Shown here: positions 10,386 through 22,045 of the stretch, in pieces
Layout: each line of letters starts with the position of its first letter
Position numbering within the stretch: the first letter of the stretch is position 1
DNA from: Candidatus Absconditicoccus praedator
Lineage (GTDB): Bacteria > Patescibacteriota > Gracilibacteria > Absconditabacterales > Absconditicoccaceae
Length of the DNA: 32,000 bases
NCBI RefSeq assembly: GCF_021057185.1
Contig: NZ_CP054059.1
Span: forward strand, 900,001-932,000
Direction: 5' to 3'
The notes under the pieces: model-generated
The model's database searches: none
What the model was told of the DNA's origin: nothing
What the model saw: only the letters and a program-made list of their open reading frames with translations
Translations under genes and position numbers: made by a program

Positions 10386-11072
10386 ATGGAATTAAAAGAA
10401 TTATATGAGTCATGACTACATGAAATATTGGAAAATATAGACTATTCATGAGCTTATACAGTCAAAAGAGAAATTTCCGAAGGGATAGCTATGGTTTTGG
10501 ATGCTAAAAAACTTTCTAATGTTTATGTAGTAGAAAGAAGTTTGACACTTACCAAAACTGATGAAGAATCTTCTTTATGAAGTTTTTTTATTTTGTATAC
10601 TATACAAGGCGACTCAATTGAATGTCATTATCTAAGTCCAGATAGTATTGCTATGTTTGATGATATTATTGTTTGATTTAGTACATATGAAACATCAAAC
10701 TGAGTTTTTTATGAAAACTTTCTAGTTGATAATCAAGAATGAAAGATATATACTTTTGAAAATATTTTTAGGTTTGATAAAGAGTTTGCCAATTTAGTAT
10801 TAAGGTGAGATGAGGTAGTATCGGAAGTATATAGATTTGATGATTATTTTATTTTGATTTTGAATGATTGAAGATATATTTTTCTTAAGATTGAGGATTG
10901 AAAGCTTTTCCCTTGTTATTACAATGATGAGTTTGAATCTCCAAATAAATTTTCAAAAGTATGAAAAAAACATCCAAAGCCGATTTTATTTTTTGAAGAT
11001 TTTGAAGAGTTGTTTTGAAGAGTTGTTTTGAAAGATTTTGAAAGTATATGACTTGAAGATTTGAGTTATTAG
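10386..11072 (+). CDS. hypothetical protein
   Basis: 228 aa. ATG 10386 lies 6 nt after the hisS stop; TAG 11070-11072. No recognisable family. Contains a 13-bp tandem duplication near the 3' end. Confidence 0.55.
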
Positions 11073-11148
11073 AATATTTAATTTAATTTATTGAAAAGTA
11101 GGTATTGTGGATTATTATATTAATATTTAATTAATAATTTTTTATGTT

Positions 11149-12081
11149 ATGGAAAAAGTAATAATTGTATGATCTTGACCAGCCTGACACACAGCTGCTA
11201 TATATACAGCAAGAGCAATGCTAAATCCTATAATGTTTGAATGATATATGGCTTGAGGTGTTACAGCTGGATGACAACTTACTACAACTACAGATGTAGA
11301 AAACTTTCCAGGTTTCCCTGATTGAATTCAATGAACTGAATTAATGAATAAAATGAGGCAACAATCTATAAACTGTTGAACAAGAATATATACAAATACA
11401 GTTACAAATGTAGATTTATCAAAAAAACCATATACTGTTTATACAGATGATTGAAATTCTTATCAAACACAATGATTGATAATAGCTACATGAGCTATAG
11501 CAAAAAAACTTTGAATTCCTGGAGAAAAAGAATTTTGGCAAAAATGAATATCTGCATGTGCAGTATGTGATGGTGGAATGCCAGTTTTCAGGAATAAAGA
11601 ATTGTGAGTTGTTTGAGGTTGAGATGCTGCTGTAGAAGAAGCTATATATCTTACCAAATTTGCCAGCAAGGTATATTTGTTTGTTAGAAGAGATCAACTT
11701 AGAGCATCAAAAGTTCTTCAAGATAGATTAGCTCAGTCCGATAGCATTGAAGTTGTGTGGAATAGTGAGGTGAAAGAAGCCAAATGAGATATGATACTAA
11801 GAAGTATTGTGGTCTACAACAATAAAAAAGATGAATTTTATGAAATGAATATTTCGTGATTATTTTATGCAATATGACATAATCCAAATATAGAATTTCT
11901 ATGATGACAGTTGGAAACAGATGAAGATGGGTATATAATTACTACTCCTGGTACAACACAAACTAGTGTAGATTGAGTTTTTGCTGCAGGTGATGTCCAA
12001 GATAAAAAATATAGGCAAGCAATTACATCTGCATGAAGTTGATGTATGGCAGCCCTAGAACTTGAACACTATCTTTGATAG
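11149..12081 (+). CDS. trxB: thioredoxin-disulfide reductase
   Basis: 310 aa. FAD motif VIIVGSGPAGHTAAIY, in which all three Gly are TGA (11170-11187). Redox centre CAVCDG, NADPH motif VVGGGDAAVEEA, and C-terminal GVFAAGDV. Confidence 0.92.
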
Positions 12082-12108
12082 TGTTTTATTCTTAATTAAT
12101 AGTTTATT

Positions 12109-12852
12109 ATGATTGAAGTTTCTATATTTATACTATTTTGTTATTTTGTGCTGTATTTTCTATCTATAAAACTAAAAAATAATTGAATTGTTGATGTTTT
12201 TTGGTGATTGTGATTTGTTATTATTGCATGGTATACGCTATTGGTGGATTGAACATTTGATTTTGGGCAGATTTTGTTGACATTGATTATTACTATATGG
12301 TGAGTATGGTTAGCAACTTATGTATTTTCTAAAATAAGAAAATCAAAATGAGAAGATTTTCGTTACAATAATTTTCGTAAATTATGGAAATGGTTTTATA
12401 CAAGAAGTTTTTTTCAAGTATACCTGCTGCAATTTTGTTTGATGATGTTGATAGCATCTCCTATATGGGTAGTGAATTTGTATTGATGAGAAAGTATATA
12501 TTATCTTATATGATGAATTATTGCAATTATCTGATTTGCTTATGAATGAATTGCAAACTATCAGTTATATACCTTCAAATCACAAAAAACTAACTCTAAT
12601 ATAATAACAACATGACTTTATAAATATTCTCGTTTTCCTCAATACTTTGGAGAATTACTTTTTTGGTTTTGATTGTGAGTTATGGGTATAGCTACTAGTT
12701 TTTTGTCTATGTTGGGATTTTTTATACTTTTTTTGTTGTTGAATTTTGTTTCTTGAGTGCCATTAATAGAGAAAAAATATCAAGATAATTTGGAATATCA
12801 AAAATACAAAAAAACTACTAGAACCAAGATTATACCCTGGTTTCCCAAATAA
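12109..12852 (+). CDS. DUF1295 / steroid 5-alpha-reductase-like membrane protein
   Basis: 247 aa, polytopic and hydrophobic. Contains RKSKGEDFRYNNFR and GLYKYSRFPQYFGELLFWFG, characteristic of the DUF1295 family. TAA 12850-12852. Confidence 0.7.
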
Positions 12853-12861
12853 ATTTATGAT

Positions 12862-12892
12862 AAAAATCCCCACCAAGCAAACAAGGTGGGGA
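12862..12892. terminator. terminator hairpin between convergent genes
   Basis: Stem tccccacc (12867-12874) / ggtgggga (12885-12892). There is a T-run on the minus strand (aaaaa at 12862-12866), so it is best placed as the terminator of the minus-strand 41-aa gene. It may also serve the plus-strand gene. Confidence 0.65.
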
Positions 12893-12914
12893 AATATGTT
12901 TTCAATATGTGGGT

Positions 12915-13040
12915 TTAGGTAATGATTCTAGCAATTGGTTGTATGACCAAAAAATGCAAAGGAATGCCAATTATGATTCCACCTATCGCTCCCAAAAAAT
13001 AACTGGGTACCAATATTTTAAGGTCTTCAAACAGACTCAT
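12915..13040 (-). CDS. 41-aa hydrophobic peptide
   Basis: MSLFEDLKILVPSYFLGAIGGIIIGIPLHFLVIQPIARIIT. Preceded on the minus strand by aaagaggtgatat-ATG, the clearest Shine-Dalgarno match I noticed in the window. Followed by the hairpin terminator. Confidence 0.5.
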   Translation of the reverse strand: MSLFEDLKILVPSYFLGAIGGIIIGIPLHFLVIQPIARIIT

Positions 13041-13387
13041 ATATCACCTCTTTTTTTGATGTATGAGTTTAATTAAGATATTTATTTTATTTAGAAAATC
13101 AAGAATTGATGAATATTTGATTAGAAAAAATTGAAATTTACTCAAATAAGTCATCACAAGTTTTATCTATTAATTATAAATAGATAAATATTAGTAATAT
13201 ACAAACATAATTTGAGTATTTGCTATCAAGAACAATTTTATAAAAAATGATTGATATAATGTTACATTTCATTGTGTATAATATTGCTTTCCCTGAAGCA
13301 GTTTTTTAAAAAAGGAGTAAGTATGTCAGTTAAGTCCTTTTTGGTAAACCAACCAGGGGCTTTTTAAATTAATATAAATTTTTTGTG

Positions 13388-13440
13388 ATAAAAAAAATAT
13401 TTTATCGTATAAATAATATACGAATGATTTACATATTAAA
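13388..13440 (+). promoter_or_regulatory. conserved upstream element, copy 1 (serpin)
   Basis: Begins exactly 62 nt before ATG 13450. The first 32 nt (ataaaaaaaatattttatcgtataaataatat) match 14807-14838 at 30/32 by manual alignment. TTGTGA abuts its 5' edge. Confidence 0.55.
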
Positions 13441-13449
13441 TAAATAAAA

Positions 13450-14763
13450 ATGTGACAGAAAAAAATACTATTATCAGCTTTGGTGCTTTTGTCTATAATA
13501 TTCTTTACTGGTTGTGATGAACAAGTAAGCAGTGTTGAACCCAAAGACTCAGATTCTAATGGTTCAGATGTATCAGACTCTAATGCTTCAGATTTAGATT
13601 TTTGAGAACCAGAAGATATTGATATTAGTGAAATAGACACAAGTGTTTTGGATACCAAAAATTTTGATTTTGATATATTTTATGAATTGATATGAGAACA
13701 AGTAGAAAAAGATGAAAATTTATTCATTTCTCCATATAGTATCCATGCTGCCTTTTTGTTGGCATATATGTGAGCAGATGGAGAGACTAAAGAACAAATG
13801 TCAGAAGTTCTGGAAACAAAAGGGGTGGATATTAATGATGTAAAGAAAGCATATTATGCTCAAAAAGAAAAATTACAGGATTATTCTACTGAATGAGAAT
13901 TATCAATAGCTAATGCATTGTTTTTGGATCAGGGTATACCTTTTAGAGAAAATTATGTAAAAGATGGGCAAAGATACTTTGATGCAAAAGTTGAGGATAT
14001 GCCAGATATAGTGGATCCAATAAATGAATGGATAGAAGAACAAACAAACTGAAAGATAGAGGATATGTTAGGTGAACCGGGTGAAAAAATTGATCCTTTA
14101 GTAGTAGCTTATTTGATAAATGCAATATATTTTAAAAATGATTGGGAGACCGAATTTGACTCTATTAGAGATATGGATTTTGAAACTCCAGATGGACAAA
14201 AAGAAGTGGATATGATGTATCTTGAAGATGATCACAGATACGTAAAAGAAGAAGAATATCAGATGGTGTCAAAATGATATGAAGATGAAAGTTTTGCATT
14301 TCATGCAATAATGCCAAAACAGGAAACTTTGCAGGAATTTTATGAAGATTTTGATAGGGAAAAGTTTGAAGAAATAAAAACACAAAGAAGGAAATGAGAA
14401 ATTGAATTGTATTTACCAAAATTCACATTTGGCAGTAGTTTGGGATTGGTAGAAGTTATGCAGGATTTATGAATAAAAGATGCATTTGACTCAAGTTTAG
14501 CAAATTTTGATAATATGGTTGATTTAGAAGAATTAGGACAAAATGTATATATAAGCGATGCTTTACACGATACATTCATAGAAGTTAACAAGGAATGAAC
14601 TGAAGCAGCAGCGGCTACAGTTATAGAAATAAGAGCTGAATCAGCTCAACCACCATCTCCAGTATTGAAGTTTGATGAACCTTTTATGTTTATCATAGAA
14701 GAGGAAGAAACCTGACAAATTCTATTTATGTGACAGATGATGGAGCCAGTGATAGAAGAATAA
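13450..14763 (+). CDS. serpin-family protease inhibitor, predicted lipoprotein
   Basis: 437 aa. Signal peptide with lipobox (LSIIFFTGC), an acidic Ser/Asp linker, then a serpin core (NLFISPYSIHAAFLLAY, INAIYFKNDWETEF, LPKFTF). Inhibitory-type hinge EGTEAAAATVIEIRAES, then KFDEPFMFII. Confidence 0.9.
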
Positions 14764-14806
14764 AAATTTGCTTGAATAATCATTTAAAAAGTATAAAATC
14801 ATTGAA

Positions 14807-14860
14807 ATAAAAAAAATATTTTATCGTGTAAATGATATTAGGAATGTTTAATTATTAAAA
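14807..14860 (+). promoter_or_regulatory. conserved upstream element, copy 2 (A2M-like gene)
   Basis: Begins exactly 62 nt before ATG 14869. Near-identical to 13388-13419, with TTGAAA abutting its 5' edge at the same relative position. Confidence 0.55.
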
Positions 14861-14868
14861 CTACAGTC

Positions 14869-17800
14869 ATGTGAACTAAAACAAAGATTAGCTTAATAAG
14901 CACAGCAATAACAGCAATTATAATCACAGCAGGATACCATCTTTTTACCTATGCCAATCTTCATCACATACAAACAGATGAAGAATTCTTGAAATCCCTG
15001 GACTGGATGTATGAAAACGAGCTTACCCAATACAATCAAGTAGAATCTTTTAGACCGGAATTTAATCTTAGAAGAGATGAAGCAGCACATTTCTTTGTAA
15101 ATTTTGTAGAGGAAGGGCTGGAGCAAACTCCAGAGCAAGAAGAGGAAATTCCTGATTTTGCTGATTTAGGTGAAGCACATCAGGACCTAATACCTTCTAT
15201 AGAAAAAGCAGCAGAATATTGACTGATAAGGTGAGATGGTGGCAGCAATAACTTTAGACCAGCAGATCCTATTTCCAGAGCAGAGTTTTTTGCTGTAGCA
15301 GTTAGAGCAGTAGATGGAGAGTATTCAGAAGATACAAACCCTTGGTGGGAGAATTATTTTGAAGCTGCTCAGGAGCTTGATTTAACCAAAGAGTCAGATG
15401 TTATGGCTCAAGACAGAAACATTTTAAGGTATGAAGCAGGACTTGTGCTTTTTAGATCAGTTCATGATGAATGAGAGTATGAATTCCAGCCAAAAGCCCA
15501 AACTATGGAAATTGCATTTGATGAAGAAATGGATCAAGAATCAGTACTTGCAAATATGAAAACTTATCCCAAGGTAGAATATGATGCAAGTTGGGAGGAT
15601 GACAAAACTTTGAAACTTGAAATTTTGGATGATTTTAGCACAGAAGAAACTTTATTGGTAAATATTACCCAAGATGCTAAAACTGCAGCCTGAGAAAACC
15701 TTCCGGAAACATTATCAAGAGAGTTCAAGATAGATGCTACTCCAGAAATTGATTTTGTGTCTCCTAAATGAGATATTCAAGACCCAAATCAGAATATAAC
15801 TGTGAGATTTAGTTCTCCAATGGTTCCTTTGACGGCTCTTGATGACCAGCCAGAATGTCCTATAAGTTTTGATCCCAAGATAGACTGAGAATGTACATGG
15901 ATAACTACTAGTACATTTCAGTTTAGACCAGAAAAAACACTACCATTTGGATGAGAGTATGAGGTGGTTATTCCTTCTTGATTCCAAAATCAAGCTTGAA
16001 ATCCAATAACTGAATCCAAAAATTTCCAGATAAGAACCCCTGATTTTGAAGTTGTAAATACAAATAATAGAATAAACAAAGATGAGCCACTGAAGTTGGT
16101 TTTCAACGATGATGTTGATATGCAAGATGTGATGGATAATTTTGAAATGAGAGGTTATGAAACACATCAGTTAGATTTTGAATTTTGACAAGAAGAAACA
16201 AGTATTGAATGAGAATACAAAACACAAGAAAATATAATAGAAATTTTCCCTGCAGAGTGAGACCGAGGATACGATACTAGTTTAGATTTTAGGATATCTG
16301 ATCAGCTAACTTCTAAAAGATGAAATGTTCCTTTACAAACTGATTATGAAAGTACACTTAGTACAGATGGTTTGGTATTAGAGTATGGCTCTTTTATTTA
16401 TCAGGATCCTGAGCAAGAAGACAAAAACTTAGTTTCAAATCTTCAGCAAGCTGATAATAATAGGATAGTTCTCCCAGAAGATCCAAATATTCTAATAGAA
16501 TTTAATGAAGAAATTGAGTTGGATTATGATCTTTTTGATATAGATTATGATTTTGAACTTTCTTATATCAAAGAACAAGAAAATGAAACTATCCAAGAAA
16601 ATCAAAAATGAGTAATTATTGATATACAGGGGCAGATATCAGACGAATTAAATATAGAAATACTTGCTTCCAATATTAGTTCAAGTGATGATATAACTCT
16701 GGATTTTGGAACCAAGGATTATAATCAAATACAAGACTATGAGATGATAAACTATAAAAAACATTGCTTAACTACATCTCATCATATACCCAGAACTTCC
16801 AGGAACGAAGAAGCTTTTGAGTTTGATGGTTATTGAGAGGTGGAAAGAATACAAATAGTAAGATCACGGATGGATGACAAAGACGAATATGACTGTTACT
16901 ATGAAGAATGAAAAAATAAATATATTCTTGAAACTAATCTTGATCCTGATACTCAATATAATCTTAACATAAGCAGTGATTTGTTGGACAAAGATAACTA
17001 TCCTTTGGATCAGGATTATGAATATCAGTTTACTACTCCAGAAGTCAAAAACGAAGACAAACATGTTGATATTATTGACCAGGAATGACTTGTAATGATT
17101 CCAAGTAGTATCAAACCTTTGACTTTGCCAATCAAATCAGTGAACATAGACACTGTAAATATTAGAGTTTGTGAATGAGAAGTAAATCCTTCCAGGCATA
17201 ATTACATAGACAACAAAGACTGTCAAACTGCCAGAGTAGATGTTGAAAACAAATGATTTCAGCCAAGTTTGAATACTGTTGATCTAGAACAAGTTTTTGA
17301 ACAAGAGTTTGATTCAAATATAGTAAAAGCCAAGGTCTACAAACTTGAAGAAGATATGACAGAATCCCAAAAAGAAAGTTACCAAGAGGATGAATTAACT
17401 CATTCTACCAGAGTTTATAATATAAGTGATGTTACTGCTACCTTGAAAGAGGGTAAAGAAGATATTTTATGGCTCAGAGATTACAACCAATGAGAAAATC
17501 TTGCCAACAATATAGATAATATTACAGCTTATGAAATAAATAGACATCATCGCTGAACACATCCTTCTGTTGTTGGTAGGCATGATATAGATTTTGAACC
17601 AAAACAAAACTGACTTTATGAGTTGGAAAGTATTCCATCAAATTCAGACCTTGTAATAACTTTGGAAAATCAGGATAAAGTACTTGTAACTAATTCCGGT
17701 AATGAACTGTCTGAATGAGATGCCAAAACTTATATTTTTACAGATAGACCTTTGTACAAACCAGGTGATGAAGTAAATATCAAATGAACTGTTAGAAATT

Positions 17801-20800
17801 TTTATTCTGAAGCTTATCAGATACAGGAAGATAGTATACCTTTGAGAGTTAGAGATAGTAGGTGAGAGACTATGATAAGTGAAACTCTTAAGCTGGATGA
17901 GTATTGAAGTTTTCAGGCAGGATTTGATCTTCCTGATGATGCAAATCTTGGTGAATACACTGTAAGAGCTGGTAATGATAATTTGAATTTCAGTGTAGAA
18001 GAGTTTGAAACTCCTGATTTTGAAGTAGAAGCCACTGCCAGAGAGGATGATTATCTTCTGTGAGAAACTGCTCAGGTAGATATTGCCGCAAATTATTATA
18101 TGTGACTTCCTGTAGCCGAGGGTGAGGTAAGCTATGAATTAACAAGTGAAGATTATTATTTTGATTGATGAGGGGTACAAGGTTACCAGTTTGGTGAAAG
18201 AAGAAGTTTTTGGTGGCAACCAGATTCTGGAAGCAGACGTGAAGATAGGTGAGAACTTATATTGGATAATAACTGACAAGCAGTTTTGGATCTTGATCTA
18301 GAAGAACAGGATCAAGAAGACAAGATCTATAATCTATCTTTAAATGTACAGGATCCAGAAAGCTGACAAAATATAGCTCAAAATCTTTCTTTCAAATGAC
18401 TTAGAACTGAAAAGTTTGTAGGTGTGAATTTTGATGATTTTAGTTATGATTATCTGGATACCGCCAATATAGATCTTATAGCAGTTGATATTGATTGAAA
18501 TAGACTATCTCAAAAACAAATAGATTTAGAAGTGAAAAAAGTAGAACATCAACACGATGAAGTTGGTCAACAAAGAGAAACCACCAAAGATACGGTTATG
18601 AGCCAAACTTTGACAACTACTCAAGATGGTACAGTAAATACTGATTTTACTTTTGATGAGCCTTGAGAGTATGAGTTTGTGATAAGCACTCCTGATGGAA
18701 GTTATAAAACCACAAAAACATTTTATGTAGGATGAGCAGATGTATTGTCTCCTGGTCAGGAAGACAATGAAATTAATGTAATTCCTGAACAGCAAACTTA
18801 TGATGTGTGAGACACAATGAGAGCAACAATACAATCTCCTCATACTTGAGTACAAGCTATGCTAACAGTAGAAAAAAACAACAAAATAATGGATTCTAGA
18901 ATAATTGATATTGATGAGTACAATCAGGAAGTACAATTAGAGATCAAAGAAGAGTATATTCCAAATTTTGATATATCAGCATTTATAATAAAAGATGTTA
19001 CAACCATACAAGATGACTTCCAAGACTTAGAAGAAGTAAGAAACGAAATGTCTCAGATAGAACAAGATTTACAAGAAAGATTGGACATCCCAAGAATACC
19101 TGGTCCTCCAATAGTTCCATATTATGATGTAATAATACCACCATTGCCACCAGAAGTTGATGATATGGACGAAGAAGAACAAAATCTTTATGAAGAGTGG
19201 GTGGAACTAAGAGCTCAAGAACAAGAACTTTTATCAAATCTTTTGCCAAGTTATTATGGATGATTAGAAACCATAAAAGTAAATACAGATTATGTGAAAC
19301 TTGATGGACAGGTAAGTTTGGACAAAGAAATGTATGAACCAGGAGATGGTCAAACAATTGATCTTGAAATTACAGACAATGAGTGAAATCCGGTTGATTG
19401 ACAGGCAACAATCAGAGTGATAGACCAGGCTTTGTTGGATATGATGGACAACAAACAGGATATACTTGAGTTTTTCTACTCAAAACAATCAAACAACATC
19501 TCAACATCAAGTAATCTCCAAAATATTATCCAAAGAATTCATTTCCCTGATCAGTTAGATGTTCAGGTGGAAGAAGACTTTGAAACCCAACAAGATGATG
19601 CTCAGTTTTATGGTGAAATTATGGAAGAATCTGCAGATATGCAAGCAGATACCAGATCTGCAACAGAAGATGCTGCTGCTCCTGGGGATGATGAAGCAGA
19701 AGTTAGAGAAGATTTTGAAGATTTGGCATATTATCAGTCAGTAGTAGATGTACAAAACTGACAAGCTCAAATACAAGTAGACCAACTTCCTGATAATCTA
19801 ACTACTTGGGTAGTAGATGGTTTTGTGCATACTCAAGATACCAAAGTAGGGGAGTTTGAAACTGACTTCCAGGTACAAAAACCTATTGGTATATTAGAAC
19901 AAATACCTAGATTCCTGATCTCTGGAGATGAGCTGATAATAGCAGCTCAAATTGCTAACAATACCAATACTGCTCAAAATGTGCAAACCAATCTTGAGAT
20001 TAGCAATGCAACAAATACCAATCCTACTCAGGAAGTAGAAGTTGGACCTTGAGAGACAGAGCCAGTAAGATTTCCTGTAGAAATTGATAGTTTGTGAACT
20101 CAGGATATCAAGAATTTTGAGTCAGAAATTACTATATCTGCAAATGCAGGAGAGTATCAGGATGCAGTAAGACATACAAGAAACATCCAGCAACCAAGTA
20201 CTGCAGAATATGTGTTTACCAATGGTTCTACAGAGGATATAAGTTATGAAGAACAAGTTAAGATCTCAGAGATAATGGAAGAAAACTGATATTTGGAAAT
20301 TACTATGTGAGCAACTATTCTTACCAACCTAATGCACAATCTGGATGATTATTTTAGTTATCCTGGTGAGAGTCTTAGAAGTAGATTGGGATTCCTGGAT
20401 ATAGCTGAAAGTATGAGAAGTTTGTATCAGGGTGTAAACAAACTAGATGAATTTGAAGAAATTACAGTTTATGATAGAGATAATAATGAATATACTACTA
20501 TCCAAGAAGTAGAATCCAAAATCAAAGATGAAATGGATATATATCAAGAAGATGATGGATGACTTAGAAACTTCCAGGATAGTTGTTGGCATACTCGCCA
20601 ATCTTGTAGTAGTTTTGCTTTGTCAAAATCATATCTAGAAATGGATTTGGATATTGATGGAGTAGACAATGAACAGCTACTGGATTATTACAAATCAGAA
20701 CTTGAAGAAAAAATTGAAAGAAGTAGTTCTAACAAGAGAAACATTTCTTATTTTATGCCTTTGGCTGTGCAGTGAGAGTATGATTTTGTAAATGAACACT

Positions 20801-21912
20801 TTGAACCAAGAGATGACCTAAGCAACAAAAGAAAAATACAATATATCAATCTTTATGAGTTGATGCCCGAAGATTGAGAAAGAGCTGATGAGTTTTATGA
20901 AGATCTGAAAAACTCTATATTGATAGAAGCAAGAGGTAGTTTGTTACCGGCAGATTTGGATTATTCAAATAACATTATCTCTACTGCCAAAATGCTACAG
21001 TTGATGCTTGATTATGGAGAAGAAGAAAGACTACAGGTAGAGAATATGGCAAGGTGGCTTTTGGCAAACAGGGACGAAGAATGAGCTTTTCATGCCAGAA
21101 ATATTGTGCCTATCATAGATGCTTTGGACAAATACGTTGATCAAACAGGTGAGCTTGATAATGTTGATTTTGATGCAGCAGCTTATTTTGAAGAAAATAA
21201 TATAATGGAAGCAAACTTTGATATGGACAACAGATTTGGATTAGCTCACGATAAGTTTGATTTCCAAGATTATGTGAATTTTGGGGAAACTCATAGTCTG
21301 TGATTTGAAAAAGATGGAGAGGGTAGGCTTTATTATGATGTAGGATTAAGATACCATATACCAAACGATCAGATTACTCCAAGAGATGAATGAATGATAG
21401 TAAGCAGGAATTATTATGATTATGATGAATACCAAGATGCTCATGAAAGACAGTGTTTTACTCCAATATGGAGATGAAGATGGTGATGATCAAATTGTAG
21501 AAATGTAAGGGTAGAAAATATTGATTCTGTCAGTGAAGCCAATCATGGTGATTTCGTAGTGTGAGAGGTAGAGTTGACTGTTCCTTATGAAAGAAATGAT
21601 GTGGTTTTGAGGGATTATATCCCTTCTGGTGCAGAGGTTTTGAATGTGGATTTTGATACAGTGTGAGATGATGTGGCTGAGGTAGTAGGGCAAACTAGTG
21701 ATAGGCGATGATGATTTGATCATATAGAGCAAAGGAATGATATGGTATATTTGTATGCTGAGCATCTTAGGTCTGGGACATATACTTATACTTATGTAAT
21801 GCAGGCTAGTTATGAAGGTAGCTTCAATGTTCGTCCTGCTAGGGCTGAGGTTTTGGACAGACCAGAGGTTTTTGGTAGGAGTAGTGGTAAGGTTTTTGAG
21901 ATTAGTAGGTAA
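14869..21912 (+). CDS. alpha-2-macroglobulin-family giant surface protein with N-terminal SLH-like repeats and no thioester motif
   Basis: 2347 aa, a single frame-1 ORF under code 25; all nine frame-1 plus-strand track ORFs between 14989 and 21303 are pieces of it. N-terminal signal anchor and SLH-like segments (FADLG..GLIRGDGGSNNFRPADPISRAEFFAVAVRAV). MG-domain signature YIFTDRPLYKPGDEVNIKGTVR. Bait-like acidic stretch followed by REDFEDLAYYQS..LPDNLTTWVVDGF. TED-like helical region, and C-terminal receptor-binding-like end (GTYTYTYVMQASYEGSFNVRPARAE). TAA 21910-21912. Confidence 0.8.
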
Positions 21913-21947
21913 GAGAGGGGAAAAGTTGAAAGTTGAAAGATTAAAAG

Positions 21948-21977
21948 ACCAGCTTCTTGGATGGAGCTGGTTTTTTT
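21948..21977 (+). terminator. rho-independent terminator
   Basis: accagct (21948-21954) / agctggt (21965-21971) followed by ttttttt. Confidence 0.75.
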
Positions 21978-21979
21978 GG

Positions 21980-22008
21980 TTGATAAATTAACAAATTTGT
22001 TTATAAAT
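21980..22008 (+). promoter_or_regulatory. sigma70-like promoter
   Basis: TTGATA (21980-21985), 16/17-nt spacer, TATAAA/ATAAAT (22002-22008). This favours ATG 22046 over the in-frame ATG 22007 as the start. Confidence 0.45.
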
Positions 22009-22045
22009 GCTTAAAAGGCTTTTATTTAGATTATCAAAAGTGCAT

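Noticed and set aside
13323-13367. 14-codon ORF (MSVKSFLVNQPGAF) preceded by AAGGAG in the intergenic region upstream of the serpin
   Set aside because: It is too short and unsupported to call. It could be a leader peptide, but there is no conservation evidence, and the AAGGA/TCCTT pairing suggests the Shine-Dalgarno-like sequence may simply be part of a hairpin.
18526-19357. Minus-strand ORFs 18526..18855 and 18998..19357, and the plus-strand alternative-frame ORF 19559..19744
   Set aside because: All overlap the 7-kb A2M-like frame-1 ORF. Their translations are low-complexity and lack motifs.
20356-20390. Thioester (CxEQ) site expected in an A2M-family protein
   Set aside because: The aligned segment reads YPGESLRSRL with no Cys, and I found no CxEQ elsewhere in my translation. 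The protein is therefore called thioester-less rather than annotating a thioester site.
22007-22045. Upstream in-frame ATG (22007) as the start of the TPR/HExxH gene
   Set aside because: It overlaps the predicted -10 hexamer of the only promoter-like site after the A2M terminator, so ATG 22046 is preferred. The alternative remains possible.
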